From: Rhodosorus marinus CCMP1338
Taxonomy: Eukaryota; Plantae; Rhodophyta
Assembly (NCBI GenBank): GCA_029953675.1
Contig: JAMWBK010000003.1
Location: forward strand, 2,728,001-2,792,000
Direction of reading: 5' to 3'
DNA: 64,000 bases
The notes below the pieces were generated by a model. The model worked only from the letters and a program-made list of their open reading frames with translations. It did no database searches and was not told the DNA's origin. Of the stretch, positions 48,484-61,101 are shown piece by piece. The position numbers and the translations under genes are program-made. The first letter of the stretch is position 1. Each line of letters opens with the position of its first letter.

Positions 48484-49933
48484 CGTCTCGCAGTAGCAAA
48501 GAAAGACTTTTCAAAGGACCTATCTATGAGCAAGAACTTGTTTTTTGTTTCCTGTGCCTCTCAGTGCTTGAGATGTCTTCTTCATCCCCTTCAGGCCGGC
48601 CGAGAGTCTAGTTCGTAAACCAACAAAATCCGTGAGGAAGACAAACCCAGAAAAGAAATTCCAATCACCATTTTGGATCGATGGAGGATGGAAAGTTAGT
48701 ACCACCTAGGCGTTGAGGATGTGTTACAGTCTTCACAGCGATTCAATGATGAGATGGAGAGCTCCGGTCAAAGAGTTTCAAAGGCTCACAGTTGGTAAAC
48801 AGGAGTGGAGATGGAACCGGTGCGGCTGAATCCGATCAGAAAGTAGTGCTGCCAACATCTCCGGTGGGGCTCCTATTCGGAGAAGGACAATTGTTGGAGG
48901 CGGACGCTGATCGGTGTAGGAATATCGAAAGGTTGACTGTAGGGTGACTTTCCGTCGTCTTCTCCTATCTTGGTTTATAAAACACCAAGATCGTCTACTG
49001 AGCAGCTGATACTGGCTCTTGCAGTTATTGATACAATCCGTGGAAGATGATCCGTAAACTTGGGATGTTCACGAGCTTTTTTCAGGGCGAGCAGTTGCCC
49101 CATGCTCACTGGAAGTGCTAGGCTGCTCAGGATTGAGAATTCTCTCAGCCCAAACCCACAGTTCCACATTTCACCCACAGCGAGCCTTGCGAAGTGTTCG
49201 TCGTTCCAGGTCAAAGAGGAAATTTGTTGATCGTCAGGCAACCGAAATTTTAATACTCAGTGTCTACAAGGGCAGCAGCTATGTCCTAGTCCTTGACGTC
49301 TAGTCGACAATTGGAAACAGGTAGAAGTAGTCAGCCACCGGCAAATAGAAAAGCTTTCAACCGAAACCCTTCGAAAAAAGCTCAGTTCAATGAAAAACTC
49401 ACCACCATCATCAGCGAGCTTGTCTATATTGAATATTAGTACAAAATAGTCACGATTTTGTGGATGGAGGAATTCCGGATTAAAAAATTGCCAAAGCCTC
49501 AATTCCAAAATTAGTATTTTCGGAGTAAAAACTGCTTGAAATCGATTTTCAGATTTCTTCGCGTTTGAATCGTTTTCTAATTGTTTCTTAATCATCAAAT
49601 AATCTTCTTTCGAATTGTTCATATTATTCCTGAAAACTACATTTCGAAACTGAGGGAAAAGGTTGCCTCGCTCATGAAGCCCAATTATTCCATCCGAGAG
49701 GCATCGTTACAACAATGTACATAGCATGGTTCGACCTGGAACAAGAGAGTCATTTCTGAACCCATCCATCAAGCCCAGGCGCGGAATCGACGCAGTGTGT
49801 ATTGGGGAACTTGTGTGGTAAACGCTTGCCACAATACGGGGTCCCCCCGAGCATTTGGAAAAGCTCGATGATCATTCAGCTTTGGTTCATAGTTGCACTC
49901 CAAGCGTCATCCAGGTCGCCATCCGCAGAAAAG

Positions 49934-51346
49934 TTACGGACAGAGCTTTCCGGCTGCGGCTTGCCGCTTTGTCACTTCCACGAGAAGCTCGTCCTTCTTA
50001 GTCAGCTCCTTCCCGTCCTGTAGCACCTCCTCCGCTGTTCTCAAACCAAGCACATATTTGTGATAGGCAAACTTATGCTTGCGCCCTATTGGGTAAACAG
50101 GCAGGTCCAGGACTTCGTTCAAGCTCTCCTGCACGTGCCGAGCAAATTCACGGGGATTCTGAATGTCCTCCTCCGTTGGCACATAAGTGGGACACTCTAC
50201 AAGCTGCGAGGAACGGCAATAAGAAAAAGCAAAGGAGAGGTTCAATCGAACTGTTCTCAATTCGTCGTACCAGCAATGCCGATTTAGTCGGGGACATTGG
50301 AAGTTGGTGGACGATGTCATCTATTTTTCGGCTTCCATTCGCTTACCTCCGCATAGTTTCGAAACTGGGTCATCGATCGCCATATGTGCTCCTTGAGGTA
50401 AATCGTTTCCCACGATAGATTGAAATGCCTGTGCGGAAATCTGAGGAAAAAAAAAGCAGGTTAGATTGACCATGTCGATTCTACCTCAAAACGAGCGTTA
50501 AATGATTGCCTACCTAACCGCTACAGGCTTAACGGGAAGTCCAGCTACGAAAACACCAGTTCTCATAGGCACCATTCCGTATCCATTTGTTGTAGTACCT
50601 TCGGGGAAGATAACTATATTTCTGAAGCATGTTGGACATCCAATACACCCCTTCTTTAGGTGGCACTCGTACGTGGAAACGATTCTTGCTTTCAGCGTCT
50701 CTGTGAGTGATGCACCCTCTACTACGAAAAGGCACTGAAGAGCTCTCGCAATAGTTCCCACCAGTCTGGCATTCTTCACCGAGCCCTTTGCAACGAATCC
50801 TCCTCTGTACATTGCACACAGGATCAATATGTCAATGTATCCAGTGTGGTTTGATACAATGACGTAAGCTGGTCTTTCATCTGATGAGTCGAACAGGGCA
50901 GAGGATTGAAGGTAAGAGTTCAGTATAGGTCGCAGGTGTGCTAGAAACGAACTCGTCGATATCTTCTCCATACCTTCCCGCTTGGTTTGCTCGATGTAGT
51001 AGACCCCAAGGCAACAAAAAAGAGCGGCCCGAATAAGCGGAGATATAGACCTGAGGAGGAACTTTTTCCACGTAGAGTAAGGGACAGGTCTTTCCTCGTC
51101 CTCGCCCAAGAGCGCGACCTTCGCTACCAAATAGGTAAGAATTGCGAAGAAGAATATCAGAACCACTCTAATAGGAAATACGAAGACCGTCATCAACGTA
51201 GTTTTTACGATCTCGTATATACTCCAGCTCGGGCTCTTCCGGACGAAGGGGTAGAAAACCTGCTCAACCTGCTTTTTCCAGTAATCATTAACGTCTCCAT
51301 TCTCTTCATCCACCACTTCCAGGTTATCCTCTTCCTTATCCGCCAT
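49934..51346 (-). CDS. Lysophospholipid acyltransferase (LPCAT/LPEAT-like, PlsC family); multi-exon
   Basis: SNHTGYID, FVAK, IFPEGTTTNG, GVFVAGLPVKPV; N-terminal transmembrane segment. Confidence 0.92.
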
Positions 51347-52219
51347 ACTTTCTCACTCGTCAGTCCACCAGTACTCCGGTACTCAACATCAAAACCAGCT
51401 TCAAAGCTTGAAGACAGAAGTGACAACAAAACGGGTTCAACAAACGAAAAAAACCTTCTCAAAAGAATCTACGCAGACTTGGCCTTCTCCATAGCAGCTT
51501 TCAGATCTTGCAAGCAGCGGAGAGACCCAGTCCAAGCATCCAAACCACGAAGCCAAGCAAACTCTCAAGAGCCAAAGAACAGGCTCAATCCATTACTCAG
51601 TATCTGTCTTTGCCATCTTCAATCGCTTTTGTTGAGAATATCTCAAACGCGAGGACTTACCAACCTCAAAAAAGCTCAAACGATCAGGACTACTCTCCAT
51701 GATCATCTCGGGTTTTTTTTTTACCTTTTTTCGCCCGGAAAACCCTTCCCCTTTCAACCCAATCCAGCTTATTCACCAGGTCTGGTCTTCAACCCCTCCG
51801 CTCAATCTCTGATACCCCTCTACATATTTCTCAGACTAAAAATAAATACCAATATGACTACTTCTAGTATCGATCCCTCTATATTCTACTTTTAAAAAAC
51901 TATCATCATAATTTAGATTCTAAAACCTCATAAATGTCTTAAATATAGAACTAATTGCCCCACTGTCAATCCGCTCAGTTAATTTTCTTTCACAATACTT
52001 ATTTTGTTTCCGAGGTTTCTACTATTTGGCGAAAACAAACGCTTCTCTGTACTCCGCATTTGTTCTGACCAATGGACGTATCGAAACAAGGCGAGCTCAG
52101 TAAAAAGTAAAGATTTATTTTTATTGATGGCCAATCATAGTCTGGTCAATTGATTGTTGGTCACGTTTTCCCGGATCTTGACTGTACTTTGTTTTCTTGA
52201 GTTTTTAATCGTATGCTAA

Positions 52220-53400
52220 ATCCGGCGAGTTGGAAAGACAACCCTGAAGCAGATATTCTGCGGATGTTTCGCAGTTGGGTTGACGATCGTGGTTGCCTGA
52301 ATGAATAATGATGAGAGATGATCGAGCAACCGTGGAGCGTGGTCCGCTCGCGGGATGCTAGCGGGAACGTCGTATAACGGCTCGAGCGGGGTCTTTCCCG
52401 CGATGCGGTTAAGACGCATAGCATACGTTGACTTGATGCGCTATATTGGTCCCAAAGTAGAGTCACTCCTCCAGGCTGGGGATCAGTATATCCTGGAATG
52501 TACGGTTCAATCGCTCAACTGCAACGTCCGTCCTTGGGTGGTACCAGGCGGAAGTCAACATTTATCGCGTCGGTAGGAGTTTCAAGTATTCCTCAACGGC
52601 GTGAACTCGGACCTCGCCCTTCGATGCTGATCTTCACTGGTACTCCATATTTCGTGCCGAGGGGCTTGTAGGCGAACTTAGCGACTGCCTCCTTCGTTGC
52701 GATGATGGTAGATTCAAGCTCCGAAGCCTCTTGTTTTCAAGTCTCATTATTTGCTTTGAGGGGTGGTTTCTGCGCCCTTCCTTGGGTACCTCATTCGCGG
52801 ACCTTAGCGTCCGATTAAACGATCAGTCCTTGGTCTCGGTGATGATGTGGTCTTCGTTGAGACCGCCCTGATACTCTTTCTCTACTGTATGCTTCTTTGA
52901 GTCTGAAGACTCTTTAAGGCGCTGCATCGCTGCCTTAGTCCTGAACGCGCACTCTCTGTGTCCTTCCTAAGGTCATTCGAGGACATCAGCCCCTGATTGA
53001 ACGGATCTGTTCTAGTCTGTTCTGTTCTGAGACGCGATGCAGGAGGAGCATGGGAGCAGTGCATAGCGATGAGACCAAATAGTCATCGAGACCAAATTGA
53101 GACCTGAAAACAAGCTCGAACCGAAAATTTAATCTCCAAACAAAATATCACTTTTGCTTGTTTCCACCGATTGTCCCTGGCTGCCTCTGGAGTGGTCCCT
53201 CTTGGCCATCCCAGAGCTACCTTCTTAAAGGCATTCTACAAAGTGAAAAGGCTTCTGACGTTAAGACCATCGATAATCAGGTTTGAACGATAACCCAGTA
53301 GTCCAGTATTGCCTCTGTGACTCCTTAGGCCGCATCCTCCTGAGGTACTCATAAAGAGTCCCGCTCCGCGATGATAAAGCCGGCGTTTGGGAATGGTGCA
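52220..53400 (-). mobile_element. Ty3/gypsy integrase relic
   Basis: Frameshifted KYGVPVKI..RGPEFT...YHPRTDVAVERLNRTFQDIL...WDQY...GKTPLEPLY, the typical integrase core; multiple stops. Confidence 0.7.
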
Positions 53401-53451
53401 TGGGAAGCGCTTAAGATTGCGATCGGAGTGAGAATTACTTAGTTGTACACG

Positions 53452-53881
53452 ATGGCCAGTGGATTAGATGTTGCAGGTACTACAGTGGAAGAGCCCTTGG
53501 ATTTGATTCGGTTGTCACTAGATGAGAGGGTGTACGTTAAGCTGCGAGGTGACCGGGAGCTGCGTGGGCGTTTGCATGTAAGTTGTTGTATTGGTTTTAA
53601 GCCTTGTGTCCCTTATTCGTGCCGAGATATTCTAGTTGCTGAAAACTATGCCGGATTCTTCCGACTTGTTGTTTTCTTATTGTATCGTTCTCGACCGCTA
53701 ACAGGCCTTTGATCAGCACATGAATCTAGTTCTTGGAGATGTTGAGGAAACGATTACGTACGTATCTGTTGACGAGGAGACTTTCGAGGAGATTGTTACC
53801 ACTTCCAAGAGAAAGAGTGAGATGCTCTTTGTGAGAGGCGATGGAGTAATCCTGATCGCACCTCCGCTCCGAACTTCGTAG
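53452..53881 (+). CDS. LSM3: U6 snRNA-associated Sm-like protein LSm3; 2 exons
   Basis: [47 protein letters not shown]...[17 protein letters not shown]. Confidence 0.97.
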
Positions 53882-54286
53882 AGGAACTTGTGAACTGTTT
53901 TGAGCCTCAATACATGCGGATCTGCAAGGATGAACAGATGTAGGTAGAAAGCTCCAATGAGAAGGAGCTCAACGTATAATATTAAAGGACCGTAGATCAA
54001 AGCGCCTGACTTGCCCGCTCAGTTCGTTTGCAAGTCAGCTTTGCAAACGAGTTGCGTGGGCACGGGAGTATTGTGATAATCAATACTCCAATCTCGAACG
54101 AACGCCAAGCAGAAGAGATCCGAAGTTAGTGAACAGGCTCATTTGATTCATTGGAACTGATCCCTTCTATATCTCTCCCGTGTCAGTCTGAAAGGAGCAG
54201 ATGTTTCTGACGACTCGTTGATATCAACGATGAGTAGGATGCATTTTATTCATAATCATTCAATGGGCGTTCTGGAAAATTTCAAA

Positions 54287-55256
54287 CTATTCCTTCTTCG
54301 ATTGGGACTTGCGCTTGCTCAGACTAGCACGTCGGCTCTCTCTCGCTTCACGGTGGCGCTTCGCGATGAGCTTCTCGTACTCAGCGGCCTCGGCCTTAGA
54401 CTTAAGTGCTGCTCTCCTTTTCAGAGCGCTCCTTCTCCTCTTGCGCTGCAGCGTCAGCGGGGTTACAAGCCTCTGGATCTTGGGAGCCTTGGAGTAGTCC
54501 TTGCCGCTCTTCTTGCTCTTAACCTCCCTCCTAATAACGTACTTGCGGACATCATCCTCCTTAGGAAGATTAAACAGCTTGCGAATATTGTTGGCACGCT
54601 TTGGTCCAAGCCGTCTAGGGATAATCTTTGTGGTAAGACCCTCGACTTCCTAACATTTAGAAAATAACAACCATTTTTCATTAGCACAAACCAAGCTCTG
54701 ACGACTCCACGAAACTACCCAATGACTTCCTCTTTGGATATGTGCATACCTCCTTGCCCTTCTTTACAATAGCGAGATGAAGCACAGAAATCTCATGTGA
54801 GACGATGCATCCCCTAACGCTTCGTCGCCTACGCTCTCCCTTCTTCATCAAGTTTCCCCTGCACCCAACAGACCCCTTCGAGAGGAGCAAACGAACTCGG
54901 TTGGGTGTCAAAACACCCTGCTTCATCGGGAATCCTTGCTTGTCCTGTCCTCCCATGATCTTGAAAACGTATCCTTCCCATTCCATGCCAATAACATCAC
55001 CATCGACCTCCTGAGCGAGCTTCTTGTCATAAAAGGCTTGAAGCTTCTGCTCGTCGTCGATTTCAATTGTCATCTGACATCCCGTCGCCGGGTTTGCGAC
55101 ATTCAACTAACAAAAAAAACAAAAAAACAAGCACACGCATAGGTAAGCACATCGAACGCATCACATCCAGCCTCCACATCTCCCAAACCAAAGAAACAAA
55201 AACTCCCCCCACAAAAAAAAGAGTTTTTCGCGAAACGAACAAATCCTTACCTTCAT
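54287..55256 (-). CDS. RPS6: 40S ribosomal protein S6 (eS6); exons 55256-55251, 55106-54750, 54649-54287
   Basis: [13 protein letters not shown]...[15 protein letters not shown]...[11 protein letters not shown]...[25 protein letters not shown]...APKIQRL. Confidence 0.98.
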
Positions 55257-57093
55257 TGTGTCAAACAACTAACACAATAAACACACTCAAAACAATCAGA
55301 CCCACCCCAACCCACTATACAAAGCTGTCGTCCTGCCCCAATCCCAACCAATCCATCCCTTGCCCTTCTCTAACCAATTCTCCTTCGTCCCAAAGCCAAA
55401 ACAAAAAAGAACAAAAAGCCCAAAAGCGCAGTTTTTCCCCGTCAACCCCAGCCGACGACCAAAAACTCATTAAAACCCCTTAAAAATCGTGTACATGATC
55501 AATTCGTTCATAAAACTAAATAAAAACATATAGAAGTTATCAATATATAACCCCCCCCTTGAGTATTATCATAATGCTCCACAACCTCCAATAAGGCTCA
55601 AATTCGACTTAATTTCCATTGGAAGGGAACAATATTACCCTCTGTTAGAATGGAACTAAGATATAGCGTTTCCAGTTTTTTTACTCAATTGAAAATATTG
55701 ATAGGAGAAAATTATATATATTTTTCCACCCCCGACGACGGCGTCGATTCTGCTGAACTGAGAAGAAAAAGACTGATCATGACATTGTAATGATTGATAG
55801 TTCCTGCATGTTGAATTTCTTTTGTTTTAGCCAGATGTCCATGTTTGGAGTTGAATGGTGTAAACAATTTTAACGATTTTTGCACGACATTTTGAGATTT
55901 ATATGTTTTTCTAGTTTCTCGAATTTGGTGGAAGTGGGTGGTCATGTCGGGGAGGAAGGATCTGGAGAGGGATGGACGGATGTGCTTTGGAGTCTTCTAC
56001 TTGGAATAGACATGTTTGTGTTCTCCGCCTTGTTTCAAGATAGGTCTTGTTTGATCCTGATCTGCTCCGTAGATAGTATGATTTGCTTTCTGGGTGTTTG
56101 TCGATGTGTGGCGGTGGTCGTGTTTCAGTTTCCGTGAAATGCCTCTGTGATCGGATCACCAATGGACACTGACATCTTGACCCATGTCCACGGTAGCAGA
56201 GCTGATTGTCTAATCGATGCGTTTGTTGCGTAGTACTTCCATTCCCAGCTTCTTTCAAAACGTATAGGGGCGGTTCGTGATTCGTCCTCGGGGCTCCTTA
56301 GCGCAAGCGCCGAGGGCGAATCACGACCGCGCTCTGATTAGTTTCTACTCCTGCTGACGGATCAAAGACAATCGTTCTAGAAAGCACGAAGGCATCATTG
56401 AGCTCGCCAATGCAAACCACATGGAGGCTGGGAAAATGCTGCAAGAAATGCAACACGACCGAGGACATGAACCTAGCGGTCCAAGCGCTTGGGTTTCCGT
56501 AGGTGGACGTTCGACCCATAGCACTAGACCCAAACGCTTAATGTTCAAACTCAGACTCGAAATTCCCGGGGGGTTTGATTCAACAAACATCGTGTCCGTC
56601 GTAGCCGACGAGCCCTTCCGTCTGTAAACCGACCCACCCACCAGGACACTTCAGTCGACATTGCCGTTCTGGTTGCGCAAATTGACCAGAAGCTTTCGTC
56701 CGATCTCAACCCAGTAGAAGAAAGAACTGGACTCCCTGGCTCCACTGGTAAACGGCTAAGGTGGGTCTTCACTGACGCTGTAACTGTGTCCTTCGTGATG
56801 CTACTGACGTATTATTCCAATAGTCAAGTTGGCCAATGAATTTAATTCACGCTAAAGACTTTCCAGTGCCAATCTTGGTCAGCCCTTTCGGCGAAGCTGC
56901 TTCCGGCCTTGGGTCAGATCCACACGTGACCTGTGGTATGAAGGCGAGGAGGGAGGACGGTCAGTTGGCTTCATGCCTTGAAGGGAAGCGGAGCGAAAAG
57001 GGAGTTTTTGTTGAGAATCGCTGTTTCCTGAGCTTCTGCTGGGGAGCTTAGGAACGGTGTTTCCAATGTTTTGTTCTTAATCTACAGACCAGA

Positions 57094-60000
57094 ATGGATC
57101 CCGATGAAACCTTGGTGGGCGGGTTGGATCCGCTTGTAAATGAGTCAGAGGACCTGATTCAGTTATGTTCTGGGATAGCAGGCCCTCCGCGCTCAGCGAA
57201 ACTCGACGATTTCAAGGAGATACAGACTATTCTTGAAAAGTACCAGGTGATATGATTTTAAAGACCACGAAGCCATGGCCGGAGAAGGGTTGCTTTTTTT
57301 ATTAACAACGGAGTGTTCTTGGATTTACAGGAAAAATCACAACTATTGGATCCTTTGCTACCGCGCGTTACCAGCTCGATTATTGAATTCTTGCTCGCCA
57401 ACGACGATGCTGGCTCCCAGGCAGCTTTTCGGGCCCTCTACACGCTGTTCAAAGTCCGAGGATTCAAGAACGTAGCTCGACATCTTCCGCACACAGTCAA
57501 CCTCTTCGAAACTGTCGCTTGCCGATTGCTTAATACGCCGGAAGAAAATGAGGCAAGTTAAGAACGACAGGATACATTCCTTGAAGACTCTTCAACTCTG
57601 TGAATCTTACCACAGCAAAGTCTGCTTCATGTTCTTCACCAAAAACCTACAGCTCTGGCATCAAGAATACTGCCTTTACGTTTGGCTAAACAAACTATGT
57701 CTTGTACCTTTCGATGTCTCGTCAATGGACTCCGGATCAAACCTGGTTGACAGCCTGGTAGATCGGGCAAAGCGCGGGGTGTGTAGAAGTGGTCGCCCCA
57801 GCGATGGAGCATCTGAATTCTTGGCGCATTTTCTGGCTCGAGAGGATATGTCTAGGCAGCTCGAGGAGGTTGTCTGTTGGTGTCTTGCCGAGAGTTTTGC
57901 GTCCAACCGCATCCGACTGCTTGCAAAGATGCTCAAGCATGGTTCGAGGAAAACCCTGCTAAATTTGATGAAACCTCGCCTCAAGCTCATGTCCCAGCTT
58001 CTCCGTTCGAGTATAGTAGGATCGTCCCTGGAGCGACTTCACCGGTCTAAACTTGTCCAGAGGTCATGCCTCCTACTACTGCCGCCCAAGCTCGCCGGCT
58101 GGCGCTACAAGCGAGGTGCTCGCATTATCTTTCAATCGACAACCTCAATTGCTCATGATAAGACTATTGGCGGGTCATCGCGGGCTAATCTTGCAGACGA
58201 TGGAGAAGAATGCTTGTCGTGGTCTTCTCTGACCAGTGCGGAGGTTGAGTACGTGGAGGATTCAGTTGATACGCTTCTCCATATGCTAGCAGATCATGAT
58301 ACAATCGTCCGATGGTCCGCAGCAAAAGGCCTCGGGAGAGTTACTGGGCGGCTTCCTCAAGTCTTGGCAAGCGAAATCTGCCAGGAGATACTGGCTATTC
58401 CGACGGAAAGCATGCGGGATGAATTCAGATGGCACGGATCGTGTCTTGCCCTGGCGGAGCTGGCTCGCCGTGGACTCGTGGTTCCAAGCGATGGCCTCCT
58501 CAACCCGCTCGTACAAACAACAACAAAGGCGCTACGTTTTGACGCGCAGAGAGGGTCCGCATCCGTTGGTTCACAGGTAGTGCCTGAATCCCTGACTATA
58601 TCCTTCTCATTTACAAACGTTCTTACGCGCTTCTCTTGTTCTCTTTGCCTTCAAGGTCCGAGATGCAGCTTGTTACGTGTGTTGGGCCGTAGCTAGGGCT
58701 TACGCAGCTGAGGACATCAGCTCCTTTGGCCGGACCTTGGCCGAAGTTCTTGTACCTGCAGCCCTGTTCGATCGAGAAATCAGCTGCCGCCGAGCCGCCA
58801 GTGCCGCCTTGCAGGAGTGTGTTGGTCGCGTAGGTAAAAACGTGATTCCATGTGGCCTCGAGCTTCTTCCGTTGTTGGATTTTTACACGCTCGCGGACCG
58901 GAGGGGGAGTTATTGCCATCTGGCACCCAAAGTAGCGCGTTTGAGCGGTGAAATATACCTCGGTCCACTCGTGGAGGAGCTGACAGAGCGCAAGTTATGT
59001 CACTGGGATGAAAACATTCGTGAACTTGCTGCGCAATCGTTAGGGAACCTGTGTGGTACAGTCAGCGATGATATCACGATCGAAAATGTTGTGAGCACAT
59101 TGGCCGCTCGTGCGACAGCAAAAACAGACCCACAGCGATACCATGGTGCACTGCATGGACTAGCGAGAACCGTGCAGCATACGAGAACTGAGGGGAAAGC
59201 CGTGGACGCTGCTCGTGAGATCGTCGCTACCGGTTATGTTAATAGAGTGGCAAAGGGCAACGCGAGAGCAGATGAGATCCTCGCGCTGTCTCTTCTCGTC
59301 GCAGCTCTTGCGAATTCTGGGTATTACAGCCCCGATCACACCGTTCTACGAGCACCACGGGCGATCGTTCTGGAGGCGCTGTCGTCGAGAGCAAAGCCCG
59401 TGTACAGTGCAGGAAGCACCGCAGCTCTTGCTCTGACCAGTGTATCTTCAGAAACTGAGGGAGACGTTGTACAGTGTATATGTGACGGGATGGAGCAGGA
59501 GGGCTTTGCGTTCGCGGCAATATCCTTGACCCACAAGAACCTGTCTGAACCTGTTCGTCTGGCAGCGGTGAACTCAGAGCGACCCGAGGCTCGGAAGAAT
59601 GCAACACGGGCGCTGGTTGAACTGGCGGGGAAGGGCCTCGTCGACGCAGATACGGCGTTGGAAACGTTAGTTGAGGCCGGCAATGACTATCAGCTGGACA
59701 ACAGAGGGGATGTAGGAAGCTGGGTGCGAGAGGAGGCAGTGGAAGGGATCTCGAAGCTCTTCGTTGCTTGCACAAGTGACACGCTAGCCAAAAGAGCGTT
59801 GGGCGTATTGGTTAGGCAAGTCCTGGAAAGGTTGGATCGGGTGCGCGCATTTGCAACGAGAGCGCTCCTCCATATAGCAAAGAGTGACGCAAGGTTCCCG
59901 GAGATAGCTGCCGTGATGCCTGGAAAGCGGAGTGACCTGGGAACGGGCCAGATACTTGATATTGCGCCTTTGCTCTTCGAAATCGACTATGTGATGAAAG

Positions 60001-60557
60001 ACGCCCTCTTAGGGGTCATTGCGAGTGCGACGGTTGCGGGAAGTCTTTCTTTGCTGGCCCGACAGGCTCTTGTCAAATTTTCAGATGTAGAAGTTGTTCT
60101 TGACCTTTATGTAGAGTTCCGAGGGGATAAGCGACTTTCACGTCCGATTCTCCAGGCTTTGGAGCTTCTTGTATCACATAACCTGCCGGATGATGGACCG
60201 TGGAGTCTGCGATGCGCACAGGAGATTTGCTCGGACTTGAAAGGATCCAGGGATATTGCTAGGCTAGCGTCGACCGTAAGTCTATTGTTGAGCTTACTCT
60301 CGTATCCGACCTCTGCCTGCAGAGCTTCAAGAGCTTTGTCGAACTTACTCTGCCATCCAATTCCCCGAGCGAGGCGGCTCGCAGCTGAGGGCATGTACTT
60401 CCATTTGATAAGCGGGGAGGGCGGTGAGGACGTCGCATGGGCCTGTGACGTCATTGGGCAAACCTTGTGGGAGTCCACCCCTGTCAGAGAATTGCAGCCA
60501 ATTAGAGATCGAATATCTGCAATAGTGTTAACTTCTTTGATACAAGAGGAGGCCTAG
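57094..60557 (+). CDS. TBCD: Tubulin-folding cofactor D; multi-exon
   Basis: ILEKYQE.SQLLDP.L, KVRGFK, DTIVRWSAAKGLGRVT, WHGSCLALAELARRG, VRDAACYVCWAVARAY, FDREISCRRAASAALQECVGR, DYQLDNRGDVGSWVRE. Confidence 0.96.
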
Positions 60558-61101
60558 TGAGAGAGAACTGGAGAGCCTTTGTTCAACTATGGAAAAGCTC
60601 GTGTTGATCGAACGGACTCCGTCTGAGTCCTTCCCGCGGTTCAAGTTTCGCCTCCTAGCATTGTGAAGAGAAGGGGTGAGGGACGATCCGCGTGCCGTGT
60701 AAATGCATACAATCAATTAATTTAGTATCAATGGGAAGTCAGTTGCGAGGTAAGGCTTCCGCAAAATCAGCAAACACCCACATCGCGGAAACCCAGATGT
60801 AAATCAGTCTTAACCTGCTGGTCCAGAGAAAAGCATCGGGCGTTCAAAGACGACGCCAATAGCTAGGGCTCGACGTTCGCCAGTGCGCTTTCCTTGAAAG
60901 CCGCAGAATCTAACTGCTGGATGCTGCTGACCCGTCCAGCATGGTGATGTCGGTAAGTCTTCACTGCACGCGGAGAGCATGTGAGTCTCTCCTACAGCAA
61001 AAGCTTCTATGTCGCCCGCATGAAGCTTTCTGATTCCGTTCGCGCCATGCGAGGTACTTTGAATAGTTTGTTCTTCCAGTACAGACCGCAGATGTACAAC
61101 A

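Noticed and set aside
48975-49241. hAT-dimerisation-like phrase (also at 45739-45975)
   Set aside because: Weak similarity only; no TIR or target-site duplication.
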